From assembly GCA_020058765.1 (NCBI GenBank), contig JAGVDM010000003.1, forward strand, positions 52,019-116,018: DNA of 64,000 nt, given 5' to 3'. Made by a program: the position numbers and the translations under genes. Under the pieces are notes generated by a model. That model saw only the letters and a program-made list of their open reading frames with translations, did not search any database and was not told the DNA's origin. How positions within the stretch are numbered: the stretch's first letter is position 1; the number at the start of each line of letters is the position of its first letter. Shown here piece by piece: positions 1 through 8,963 of this stretch. This DNA comes from Candidatus Peribacterales bacterium (GTDB lineage Bacteria > Patescibacteriota > Gracilibacteria > Peribacterales > Peribacteraceae).

Positions 1-862
1 CAGAAATACCGTCTGGAACCGTGCCGCAGGGTGCACCTGGATCAAGGCATGCAAGCGAGAGAAAGAGCTGCCCAATGCCGTGCACGGTTTGCACGAGCAT
101 GTGCCACGATTCCGACAGTGCGGTGAGGAACGCCGTGCCGAGAGGCTGAGCCGTGCCCTCGAGCACTAACGGAACCAGCGCCATCACAATCCCCGCTTCG
201 CTCTTCTCTGAGAGCGTCACGGTGAACTTCTGCTCTTCTGTGTACTCCGGCGCGAGCAAGACGGTGTAGATCACTTGCCGTTTGCCTTCCTGCATACCCG
301 CAACATCTTCGGGGCGCGTCACCTCTTGGTCACCCACGTATGTGAGGATGCTCATCTCTGGCACACCCACTGCCGCTGCACCACCACCACTCACTACATC
401 ATCAATGCGTACGCCGAGCGTGAGGTTGATGAGACCATCCTCTGCTGCAGCCTCCAAAGCAGGCAACGATGTGTACACGGCTATAGGGATCCACTTTCCA
501 AAGGAGAACCCGAACGTGAGGATGACGAGCGCGAGCAGGAAATTCATGAATACGCCCGCACAAAGAATGCTGATACGTGCGGGAATGGACGCAGCACCAA
601 AGCTGCCGGGGCGTGTGTGCTCACGAGCATCGATAGCATTCTCACCCTTCAGACGCACAAAACCACCGAACGGAATCCAGTTGATCGTGAATTTTGTCCC
701 GCCTTGTGTGAACAATGTCACAGCACGGGGCGGCAAACCGAATCCGAACTCCTCCACCACCACTCCAGCGCGTCTGGCAGCGAAAAAATGGCCCCACTCA
801 TGAATCATGATCAGGACGCTTAACAGAAGGAAAAATGCCAGCGCTGAGAGGAGAATTGTCAT
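1..862 (-). CDS. rseP: Site-2 intramembrane metalloprotease (M50/RseP family), 3' end runs off the window
   Basis: Minus-strand translation from ATG 862: MTILLSALAFFLLLSVLIMIHEWGHFFAARRAGVVVEEFGFGLPPR...INWIPFGGFVRLKGE...AGVFMN. Shows the HExxH and PxGGFV motifs. Not in the ORF track because there is no stop in the window. Confidence 0.9.
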   Translation of the reverse strand, partial: MTILLSALAFFLLLSVLIMIHEWGHFFAARRAGVVVEEFGFGLPPRAVTLFTQGGTKFTINWIPFGGFVRLKGENAIDAREHTRPGSFGAASIPARISILCAGVFMNFLLALVILTFGFSFGKWIPIAVYTSLPALEAAAEDGLINLTLGVRIDDVVSGGGAAAVGVPEMSILTYVGDQEVTRPEDVAGMQEGKRQVIYTVLLAPEYTEEQKFTVTLSEKSEAGIVMALVPLVLEGTAQPLGTAFLTALSESWHMLVQTVHGIGQLFLSLACLDPGAPCGTVPDGIS

Positions 863-989
863 AAAGCGCGAAAAAGAGACAGGAGGCGATACTAGAGATG
901 ATGTGGAAAACAGAAAAGTTTTCCACACCAACTTCCACTTGCCTCACTTGCGCCTTCCTTTCGAAATGAAGCAAGGTGAAAAAAACACG

Positions 990-1640
990 TCAAGCACGAG
1001 CCACAACCCATGCAGAAACAGACTGCGCACCCGCAGCACGAAGCGCTGCAGCACACGCCGAGAGTGTGGCGCCTGTGGTGACAACATCGTCAATGAGTAT
1101 GACTGTTTTGGGCACAGCAAAGCCTGTACGGGCAGCAAATGCATCCTGCATTGCGACCAGCCGATCCTTGCGACCGCGGCGAGCTTGCCTCCCTGTTGGA
1201 CGGCGACGTTTGAGTACGGAGCACACTGGCATATGGCGATAGTGCCCGAGTGCCTCTGCAAGCAGCTCCGCTTGGTTGAATCCGCGCCAGAAACGGCGAG
1301 TCCAGTGCAGCGGAACCGGGCAAAGTACCGTCGCATCGGTAGAAGCTACAGGCAGCGCATGATCCATAGCGAGTGCAAGTGCGTGGTATACGGCGGGAAT
1401 GCGCTTGTACTTGAGCGTGTGCACTGCCTTTCGAACAAGCGGCGCGTCATCGTACGATGCAGCAGCAATCACACATTCGAGCCCATCCACCTGTACGGGA
1501 AACCCGCCACTATGGCATTGCTGCTGTAGTTGGAGCACTTCCGCATCGGACACCAGTGCACCCTCTGCACCACCGAGCGACACGCGCGGAAAGACCATAT
1601 CGAGAAGTGATGGCACCATAGCAGTGGATTCTGGCTCCAT
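990..1640 (-). CDS. comF: ComF family competence protein (phosphoribosyltransferase fold)
   Basis: PVPLH..R...RGFNQAELLA and VILIDDVVTTGATL motifs. Confidence 0.9.
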   Translation of the reverse strand: MEPESTAMVPSLLDMVFPRVSLGGAEGALVSDAEVLQLQQQCHSGGFPVQVDGLECVIAAASYDDAPLVRKAVHTLKYKRIPAVYHALALAMDHALPVASTDATVLCPVPLHWTRRFWRGFNQAELLAEALGHYRHMPVCSVLKRRRPTGRQARRGRKDRLVAMQDAFAARTGFAVPKTVILIDDVVTTGATLSACAAALRAAGAQSVSAWVVARA

Positions 1641-1686
1641 TGCTTGTTGCTTGCGAGAGGAGTTGGTAGGCTTTGCGCGCTGAAAC

Positions 1687-1785
1687 GGGCAATTAGCTCA
1701 GCTGGGTCGAGGATCCGCCTGCGGATCCGAGCCACAGAAAAGACGCCACTGGCGCGGCCTCTGAGCAAGAATGCATTCACAGAAC
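1687..1785 (+). repeat. tRNA-leader unit: copy of the first 19 nt of tRNA-Val plus hairpin
   Basis: AACGGGCAATTAGCTCAGCTGG occurs at 1684 and 1783. The first copy continues GTCGA-GGATCCGC-CT-GCGGATCC-GAGCCA. Confidence 0.85.
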
Positions 1786-1862
1786 GGGCAATTAGCTCAG
1801 CTGGTTAGAGCGCCACATTGACATTGTGGAGGTCACAAGTTCGAATCTTGTATTGCCCACCA
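1786..1862 (+). tRNA. tRNA-Val(GAC)
   Basis: Acceptor GGGCAAT/ATTGCCC, anticodon arm CCACA-TTGACAT-TGTGG, T-loop TTCGAAT, encoded CCA. Confidence 0.95.
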
Positions 1863-2033
1863 CCCTTCTTGGCCCCACCCGCACACCAAGCGAAGCGGGT
1901 TTGCATAATCGGTTCCATGGAGACGAAGAACAAAGTATTGCAAGAAAACAAATATATATTTACGCAAGGTACGGGAGAGTGAAAAGAAACGAGAATTCCG
2001 CTACAATAAGAGGATTTCTTCATACAAAAACCC

Positions 2034-2519
2034 ATGCCACCACTCTCCACTCCTCCGGGTCAGCACCTGCTTGCATGGACGGCACCGTCCCACCCACACC
2101 ACACGCGAACGGTGCAGTGGTACCTCGGGTGTATAGCCATCATTGGTGGGTTGATCGGATACAGCATCTGGACAGAGGCGTGGACATTCACAGGGCTCAT
2201 TGTGCTCATCGTGGGTATCTACGTGTGGCAACACCGCAGGGATATGCCAAACCACAGCATTACCATTACAGATCGAGGATTCCAGTACGACGCAATATTC
2301 ACCCCATGGCAACAGTGCAAAGGGTTCTGGATGCTTCGCGGACCAGACTATATCGAGCTACACCTGGAACGAGAGCATGCACCCACCAAGGAGTGCCGTA
2401 TTCAATTGGGATCGCTCAACCCGGAAGACGTGCATGACGTATTGGCGCAGTACGTTTCAGAGCAAACACACCGCACGGAAGACACACTTGACATGATTAC
2501 AAGAATCCTTAAAATCTAA
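2034..2519 (+). CDS. Conserved hypothetical membrane protein (two TM helices plus small soluble domain)
   Basis: 161-aa ORF with two hydrophobic helices followed by a beta-rich domain. Stop is 1 nt before the next ATG. Confidence 0.7.
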   Translation: MPPLSTPPGQHLLAWTAPSHPHHTRTVQWYLGCIAIIGGLIGYSIWTEAWTFTGLIVLIVGIYVWQHRRDMPNHSITITDRGFQYDAIFTPWQQCKGFWMLRGPDYIELHLEREHAPTKECRIQLGSLNPEDVHDVLAQYVSEQTHRTEDTLDMITRILKI

Positions 2520-2520
2520 C

Positions 2521-5500
2521 ATGCTGCACAAGCAGTACCACGAACACTTCGCCTTCACATTCTCGCCCTGCTCGCAGGAGAACCGCTTGGCATGCAAGCA
2601 GCAAGGCAAGAAGAACGACGATCGGGCTGCAACACCAGAGTCCGAGCGAAGCGCACTTGAACGTGGCCGCACTCCGCAAGAAAAGCAGGACCGCATGGAA
2701 AACGATGTGGCCGGCATGACCTCGGAACGACGCCAGCGCATTCTGCGCCATGTGCCCACCGCACTTCTTGATCAGTACACGATGGGTGCGGCATACCTCA
2801 CCGACACACTCATAAGCATCCTTGGTGAGGATCAGCTCAAGCGACTACTCAAACAGCACCCGGAGTTCCGTGCGCTCAAAATTGAGCAGACTGCGGATAT
2901 TGAAACTCTGCTATCGCAGGCGTTCGAAACGGAAGGCAAGCGTAGCTCCGCACTGCTCTCCACCATGGACACACGCATGGCCATGCTCCTCACGCAGATG
3001 CTGGAAAGCAAAATCCGGCAATTCGAAGAGCTCAAGGAAGTGGCACTTCGCCATATGCAGAACGATGAAGCGCTCACGCACGCCGTGGACGCACAGGAGC
3101 AGAAGCTGTCATTGCAGTCTCGTACAATGGACGATTGGCTGCGTACCGCGAGCACCAAGGAACTCTGTGCCACGCTTGGCGTCCCAGAGGTTGCCGATGC
3201 AGATCGTGCAATGCTCCTCGGCCGCATTCGCGGCTACATCCAAAACAAGCGCAAGCTCGATCAATGGAACCTGCCGGAAATCGCACGCAACGAACACCTG
3301 CGCACCATGCTGCAGCGTACGGGCGATCTCTCTGGCGTGCAGAAGCAGCTCTACGACCAACTGCGCAAATCGCTCCCTGTAGTAGCTGGGGTGCTAGATG
3401 CGCAACTGAACGAAGAAGCGGAGAAAACCAATGCATGGCTCACCGAAGAAAAACAGCGCTACGGATCGTTGCTGCAGGACATCACGCCAGAAAATCAGGA
3501 TGACCGCGAAGCGGCATTCCAGGCGCAGCATGGCGTGAGTGCCATCGCCGTTGCTCGCGAAATCGAGGAAACCGAATCCACGATCGCTTTCGCGAAGAGC
3601 GGCGACACAATCAATGCCAATGACCCCGGCACAATTATGAATGCCAGTGCTTTGGTGGAACGGCTGTCGCAGATGCGCAGCTACCCCGATGGCACACCCA
3701 AAACCGTGGTGGACACACTACGCCCAGAACAAGAAGCCGCAGAGCAATGGGCTGGTGCTATGCGCAGTGAACTCCACGAGCTGCTCCACAAGCAGTACGC
3801 CTCGCCAGATCAGCGCCAGCAATTGGCACAGTGCTTTGGAACACCGGATGTATTTGCAACACTCACCACGCTGGAGGCCGATCTACAGGTATCAGATCAT
3901 AACCCCCGCGGTGTGAATGCTGTGGAGTACACACAGAGCAGACGACGTGCGCTGGAGCACATGGTGCGCAGTCTGCGCAGCAACCGAATTGCACAAGCAA
4001 TGAACGCGCATGCGCTACACGAAGAAGATCGCGTGCAAGCATCACAACCAGACAAAACTGTGCTAGATGTGATCCAGGAAACACGTGCACGATTGCAGGC
4101 GGCAACACAGGAGATCGTTGCCATACCCGAAATTGGGAATGGTGTGTCCGGATTGCTCAACGTGCGTCAGCACGTTATGAACCGTGCAGAGACGCTGGAG
4201 CAGGAACTGCGCCAAGCGGAGCTGCAGCGACAGACAGTAACAGGGCTCGGCTACGTGCGAGCAGAAACACGCAAGTTGGAACGTGCAGCCTTGCTCCTCA
4301 CAGACATGCGCCGCATGAAGCACTTTGTGCTCTCAGAAGAGGATTTCGAGCGCCGCACGGGTACGCGGAACCTCGCAGCATATGACCTGGCCAGCGGCGA
4401 CATTCTGGTGAACCGTGACCGCTGCGCACGCGAGAAGGCATCCATCCCCGATCTAGTTCGTCACGAGCGTGAACACGCCGTGCAGGATATTCTCACGCGC
4501 CGAGCAGGAGTGTTCCCATTCCTGCATCGCGCAGCGTTCGAGGTACTCCGCGAGAGCAACCCCGCATTTGGCGATGTGCTCCGCCGCCATGCAGGTGAGT
4601 GGGGCATTGCGCATCAGCGCGAGAAGATTCGCGCGCAAGCTGCAGACCCCGCAGAAGCACAAGCACTGGAAGACGAGCTCCTCACAGAGGAGTTGCTCAA
4701 CCGCTACGTGGATTGGAAGCGCAAGCCGCAGAACGAACTCATCGCAGGAGAGCGCGAGCTCATGGCAATGGTAGAGAATGCCGGACTCGCAGAGAACCTT
4801 CGCGGCATCGCAGAACGTGACCCAACCGCAACGACCCGCGCTGATCTGCAGGATCTACAGATGTTCCAAACTGCAGCCGGGCAGCCCACGTTGCAGGATG
4901 CAACACAGGCGCTTGCAACTGGTACCAATGCAACGACCGTTCCTGCGCAAGGCGGTGAAGCGGCAGACGAAGGCGGTAGCATAGACATGAAGGGCAAGCT
5001 CCACAGCTGCCAGAAGATGATTGTAAAACTAGAGGAGTTCTGCACAGCACAGCCGTACTACAAAGGCGATCTGGACACGACCATCGGTGAATCAAAGCAG
5101 GTCTACAACTACCTTATAGATATTTTCCGCTCGCAAACGGTGAATGGTCAGCCATTCCCCAACCCAGAGCAGCAGCCAGTATTCATCGCGCAGGTGAGCA
5201 AGCTAAAAGACGGATTAAAAGATTTAGTAGATATGACTCAAAACGTTGACAACAAGCTCCACGACCTCACAGATGAAAAACCAGGGCACATTACGGGATG
5301 GAAAGCCTTCTGGGGTAACGTCGCCTTCATGAGCCCACTTGATGTGTACCTGCTGGTGCAGGACTCCATTGAAGACGTGAAGCGCATGTGGAACCGCCGC
5401 AGCAAACAGACGCGTAGCGGCGTGGCGCAGGGGCTCTTTGGCAATATTCCAGAAAACGACCTCCCGGGGCTCCGCTACTTAGGAAGGCTCGCGAAAGAAA

Positions 5501-7017
5501 ACGAAAAACGTGAGCAGCAGGCCGAAGATGAAGAAGTGGACGTGTGGAAGGAGGGTCTCAAAAACAAGGATGCCTACCAGCTCATGGATATCTTGAGCAA
5601 GATTCAGACGAACAAAGACCAGGCGAAGGCCATCTTCTTCCTGCTGGCAGACAAGGGCCGTATCGACTGGGGCGATGAGCGTATTTGGGATCTGCTCAAT
5701 GGTCTGTCGCAGTTCAAAATGCCAAAAGAGCAGTGTAAGCGTGACATTGTGCTGCGTAACAACTGGCTCAACAAATTAGTAAAGGATATTTGGGACGACA
5801 GCGACCAGTTCTTGGACTGGAAGACGAGTAACGACAGCAACTTCAACACCAACCGTGATAAGTTTAACGAGTACGTGGATACCCTCTCGCAGAATAGCGG
5901 CGCAATGCGCGCGGAATTAGAGCGTATCTTGGGAACGTATACGGCATGCAAAGGACGCAATGAAACACCTCCGCAGGACGTGAACCCGCACCTCTACGAG
6001 AAGCTGCTGGAATTCGCGATGGTGAAAGGAAAAATGACAATGGAAGACAAGTTCTACTACCTCATCCGCGGTATTGCAGAAGGCCTGCTGCCGCTCGAAC
6101 GCCTCAACGTGCTCAACAACCAAGTGCTCGGGAGCTTCCCGTTCATCGACTACTTCGCCGGCCAGAACAACACGCTTGCAGAAATCAAGATACTGTCTGA
6201 ACGCATTACTGAATCGGGTAATCGGTTTAAGCCGGGCATGAAGACTACGCTCTTCCTGGAAACAGAGCTCGCTCGCGACGAATCCACCCGCCAGCGCGTG
6301 ACAAAGGTGATCACACGCTCCGGCGAACAGATCGACCACGAAGACGCACCGATGCTGATGGCCTTCCTGGACTACGGAGGAATCGAAGAAATGCTGCAGG
6401 CTTTCTCCGGTCAGCGTCAGCGCATGACCAAAGAAGGACTGAAGAACTCGTACGTTGGTTTCAATACGCTGTTTAAGACGTACGCTCGCGTTGCAGAGCT
6501 CGACCAAGATGGAACAGCGCGCTTTACCTCCAAAGATGCCACGCAACTTGGCCGATCGCTCATGGCGTATATTCACTTCGATAACATTGCGATCCAAGCG
6601 GCTAACGACGGCAAAGGCCGCCAGTCGCTCACCTGGGAACAGGTGGAAAACGAAACAATGCCTTCGGGAGAGGGGCGAACATCTTCCATGTTCCGCGACC
6701 AAATGAACAAGCTTGCCGTGGATATCTTCCGGAACTACGGCATTACAAGCGTGGATGTTGGGGGCAAAGCCGGTGGAGCGAATACCGTCACGCTCGACCA
6801 GTACCTGGGGCAATTGCGCGGCAAACGCCCAACGGGCGACGAGGAGAAGAAGGCACTCTTCGCCGCTACACCAATCTTCGAACAACGGCTTCTGAAAGCC
6901 ATTAATGGAAACCCTTCTGTTTTCGCGCGCACACTGCAGTCTCATGGAAACAGCCTGCTGCAGGAGCGCAGCGAAGACATTAGCGTCGACGCTGTGCGCA
7001 CATCACTCAGGCAGTAG
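2521..7017 (+). CDS. Giant (1498 aa) hypothetical protein with central HExxH zincin-like motif
   Basis: Long open frame, helical/coiled-coil composition; LAAYDLASGDILVN...VRHEREHAVQD (HEREH at 4462-4476). Confidence 0.8.
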   Translation: MLHKQYHEHFAFTFSPCSQENRLACKQQGKKNDDRAATPESERSALERGRTPQEKQDRMENDVAGMTSERRQRILRHVPTALLDQYTMGAAYLTDTLISILGEDQLKRLLKQHPEFRALKIEQTADIETLLSQAFETEGKRSSALLSTMDTRMAMLLTQMLESKIRQFEELKEVALRHMQNDEALTHAVDAQEQKLSLQSRTMDDWLRTASTKELCATLGVPEVADADRAMLLGRIRGYIQNKRKLDQWNLPEIARNEHLRTMLQRTGDLSGVQKQLYDQLRKSLPVVAGVLDAQLNEEAEKTNAWLTEEKQRYGSLLQDITPENQDDREAAFQAQHGVSAIAVAREIEETESTIAFAKSGDTINANDPGTIMNASALVERLSQMRSYPDGTPKTVVDTLRPEQEAAEQWAGAMRSELHELLHKQYASPDQRQQLAQCFGTPDVFATLTTLEADLQVSDHNPRGVNAVEYTQSRRRALEHMVRSLRSNRIAQAMNAHALHEEDRVQASQPDKTVLDVIQETRARLQAATQEIVAIPEIGNGVSGLLNVRQHVMNRAETLEQELRQAELQRQTVTGLGYVRAETRKLERAALLLTDMRRMKHFVLSEEDFERRTGTRNLAAYDLASGDILVNRDRCAREKASIPDLVRHEREHAVQDILTRRAGVFPFLHRAAFEVLRESNPAFGDVLRRHAGEWGIAHQREKIRAQAADPAEAQALEDELLTEELLNRYVDWKRKPQNELIAGERELMAMVENAGLAENLRGIAERDPTATTRADLQDLQMFQTAAGQPTLQDATQALATGTNATTVPAQGGEAADEGGSIDMKGKLHSCQKMIVKLEEFCTAQPYYKGDLDTTIGESKQVYNYLIDIFRSQTVNGQPFPNPEQQPVFIAQVSKLKDGLKDLVDMTQNVDNKLHDLTDEKPGHITGWKAFWGNVAFMSPLDVYLLVQDSIEDVKRMWNRRSKQTRSGVAQGLFGNIPENDLPGLRYLGRLAKENEKREQQAEDEEVDVWKEGLKNKDAYQLMDILSKIQTNKDQAKAIFFLLADKGRIDWGDERIWDLLNGLSQFKMPKEQCKRDIVLRNNWLNKLVKDIWDDSDQFLDWKTSNDSNFNTNRDKFNEYVDTLSQNSGAMRAELERILGTYTACKGRNETPPQDVNPHLYEKLLEFAMVKGKMTMEDKFYYLIRGIAEGLLPLERLNVLNNQVLGSFPFIDYFAGQNNTLAEIKILSERITESGNRFKPGMKTTLFLETELARDESTRQRVTKVITRSGEQIDHEDAPMLMAFLDYGGIEEMLQAFSGQRQRMTKEGLKNSYVGFNTLFKTYARVAELDQDGTARFTSKDATQLGRSLMAYIHFDNIAIQAANDGKGRQSLTWEQVENETMPSGEGRTSSMFRDQMNKLAVDIFRNYGITSVDVGGKAGGANTVTLDQYLGQLRGKRPTGDEEKKALFAATPIFEQRLLKAINGNPSVFARTLQSHGNSLLQERSEDISVDAVRTSLRQ

Positions 7018-7065
7018 CTTCCTCGCTATTGTAAACGAGGTGCAAGTCACGCATGATTCTTTGCG

Positions 7066-7515
7066 ATGCACATCGCCATTCAACGTATAGATCCATCGCT
7101 CCCACTCCCCCGCTACGAATCTACGGGCGCAGCAGGGTTTGATTTTATTACGCGAGAAGACACCGTCATCGCGCCCGGCGCGATTGGGCTCGTGCCAGGC
7201 AATGTGATTGTGCAGGTACCCAAAGGGTACGCGTTGCTCGTACTCCCACGTTCGTCGCTAGCGCGCAAGAAAGGCCTGGTGTGCCCGCACTCCATTGGCG
7301 TCATCGACCAGGACTACCATGGACCAAAAGACGAGATCTTCGTGCAGGTGCAGAACATCACCCAAGAACCCGTGACCATTGAACGCGGCGAGCGCATTGC
7401 CCAAGGGCTCTTTGTGCGAGTGGATCAGGCAGAGTGGCAAGAGGTAGATGGCCACGGCGCACAGACGCGTGGGGGGTTTGGATCCACGGGGAGTAATTCT
7501 ATCTTGAGAACTTAG
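7066..7515 (+). CDS. dut: Trimeric dUTPase
   Basis: AAGFD, PRSSL, GVIDQDYHG, ERIAQ and RGGFGSTG motifs. Confidence 0.95.
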   Translation: MHIAIQRIDPSLPLPRYESTGAAGFDFITREDTVIAPGAIGLVPGNVIVQVPKGYALLVLPRSSLARKKGLVCPHSIGVIDQDYHGPKDEIFVQVQNITQEPVTIERGERIAQGLFVRVDQAEWQEVDGHGAQTRGGFGSTGSNSILRT

Positions 7516-8434
7516 ACATCCTCTCAATGTAATTGACAACATCTGCATCGTGAAGATGGAAATCTTCCATCCATTCATCAGAATGGATCGTATCTAGGTA
7601 TCTCTCTCCCCCATCACATAACAGTGCAACAATTCTTTGTTGTGCATCGATTTCGATACGACGCAGGGCTGCCAAGATTACAGCCCCAGAAGAAGGCCCC
7701 AAAAGAATGCCCATGCGGCGCGCAATAGTCCTTACTGTATTATACGAATCGGGCAAGGTTACAGAATCAATACAATCAACACCCTGAAATTCTGATACAT
7801 CTTCATTTGCGTCATTTGTATCAGCATTACCATACTGAACACCAATAGCCTGCAAATGCTTTATCTCTTTTTTTAGAAAAGTGGCGGTGCCACCTACAGA
7901 TCCACCCGTGCCTAAATAGCCTATGATGCCATCGATTTGATCTCCTATATCTCTTTTTATCTCTTGGACAAGAGGTAAATAGCTTTCTGCGTTTTTTTGA
8001 GAATGAAATTGATCCAAATAGTAAATATTCGATTCAATCCTCGTGATCTCAGTTGCCTTCGCATGTAGCACTTCATGACTATCCTGATTCGCAGGAACTG
8101 GACATTCGATTAGTGATGCACCATATGCTCTAATTTCACTAATAATTTGAGGAGGCGTATCGTCAGCAACCACACAAATACATTTATAACCCTTAGCAGC
8201 AGCTAGCATCGCTAATCCAATACCATAGCTGCCGCTTGAGCAATCAATTACTGTGCCGCCAGAATGGATACGACCTTCTTTTTCTGCGACAGAAAGTAAA
8301 TGTTTTGCGGTTCTACTTTTCATGCTGCCACCAGCATTTTCTTTTTCAAGTTTTAAGAAAAGCGAAGCACCATTACTGACTGGATACACAAACGTACTTG
8401 TTCTGCCGATCAATTCTTCAACATCACGATGCAT
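7499..8434 (-). CDS. PLP-dependent cysteine synthase/SbnA-like beta-replacement enzyme
   Basis: LKLEKENAGGSMKSR (PLP Lys), CSSGSYG, GTGGS, GPSSG, DGGERYLDT. Start placed at ATG 8434 (MHRDVEELIGRT). Confidence 0.8.
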   Translation of the reverse strand: MHRDVEELIGRTSTFVYPVSNGASLFLKLEKENAGGSMKSRTAKHLLSVAEKEGRIHSGGTVIDCSSGSYGIGLAMLAAAKGYKCICVVADDTPPQIISEIRAYGASLIECPVPANQDSHEVLHAKATEITRIESNIYYLDQFHSQKNAESYLPLVQEIKRDIGDQIDGIIGYLGTGGSVGGTATFLKKEIKHLQAIGVQYGNADTNDANEDVSEFQGVDCIDSVTLPDSYNTVRTIARRMGILLGPSSGAVILAALRRIEIDAQQRIVALLCDGGERYLDTIHSDEWMEDFHLHDADVVNYIERMSKFSR

Positions 8435-8526
8435 AAATCTAGCCAGAAACCTCCTCCTGGCTGCACGAATGCAGCCAGGAGTTTTAGAACTTTCCTGCAA
8501 TCAGCAGTCAATATGATTCGGGGGAA

Positions 8527-8727
8527 TCAGCTGAAAATGATTGCGTAGGCAACAGGCAAAGCAATTGCCAAGAGAATGACGGGCAAGCAGCCCAATCGAG
8601 CGGGCGGAACTGCCCCTGAGGCATTACACTGGGGGCAGGGAATCTCTTCGGAGAAACTGCGACCACAGTGATTTGTTCCACCACCACTCAGTACCGTCTT
8701 TTTGCCCTTACACCTTGGACACTTCAT
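8527..8727 (-). CDS. Small protein with DnaJ-type CxxCxG zinc finger and C-terminal TM helix
   Basis: MKCPRCKGKK...CPQCNASG...VILLAIALPVAYAIIFS, with a GGAGG SD upstream of ATG 8727. Confidence 0.65.
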   Translation of the reverse strand: MKCPRCKGKKTVLSGGGTNHCGRSFSEEIPCPQCNASGAVPPARLGCLPVILLAIALPVAYAIIFS

Positions 8728-8777
8728 CAAACACCTCCGTTTCAAATAGAACTGCCGGACTGGAAAGAACTCACCTC

Positions 8778-8805
8778 AAGATATCATGTATACTTTATTT
8801 GTCAA
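8778..8805 (-). promoter_or_regulatory. Sigma70-like promoter of the dut islet
   Basis: Minus strand reads TTGACA-N16-TATCTT with TGn extended -10, upstream of the islet ORFs. Confidence 0.55.
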
Positions 8806-8906
8806 TAAAGTGACACGAACAGTACAGGGCAAGAGGTAGATGACCACGGCGCACAGACGCGTGGGGGGTTTGGATCCACGGGTACGCACGCGTAACAATG
8901 CAAACA

Positions 8907-8943
8907 CCCCGTAGAGACGTGCCGCCGGCACGTCTCTACGGGG
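8907..8943. repeat. Perfect 17-bp-stem palindrome of GTAG-REP type; probably also a terminator for ftsZ
   Basis: CCCCGTAGAGACGTGCC-GCC-GGCACGTCTCTACGGGG. Confidence 0.7.
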
Positions 8944-8963
8944 AAATACGGCGTGCGTTGTAA

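Larger units (their letters stand above)
7436..8882. mobile_element. Integrase-free genomic islet inserted at the dut 3' end, flanked by 55-bp direct repeats
   Basis: 7436-7490 and 8828-8882 match at 54/55 nt. The interior is visibly more AT-rich and holds two minus-strand ORFs. Confidence 0.8.

Noticed and set aside
902..927. Inverted DnaA-box-like pair (TGTGGAAAAC/GTTTTCCACA) as oriC
   Set aside because: Only two imperfect boxes, with no dnaA/dnaN or unwinding element nearby. It could simply be a hairpin after comF.
1469..1780. Track ORFs sharing LDPAELIAR (also 20662-21000)
   Set aside because: The shared peptide is the antisense reading of the tRNA-leader units, not a protein family.
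1687..1862. Intron-containing or split tRNA
   Set aside because: The downstream tRNA is complete by itself, so no splicing is needed, and the inserts are far too short for group I/II introns.
5917..6945. Long antisense ORFs (also 33264-34241, 44789-45802, 28070-29044)
   Set aside because: Shadow frames opposite well-supported genes, with no recognisable motifs.
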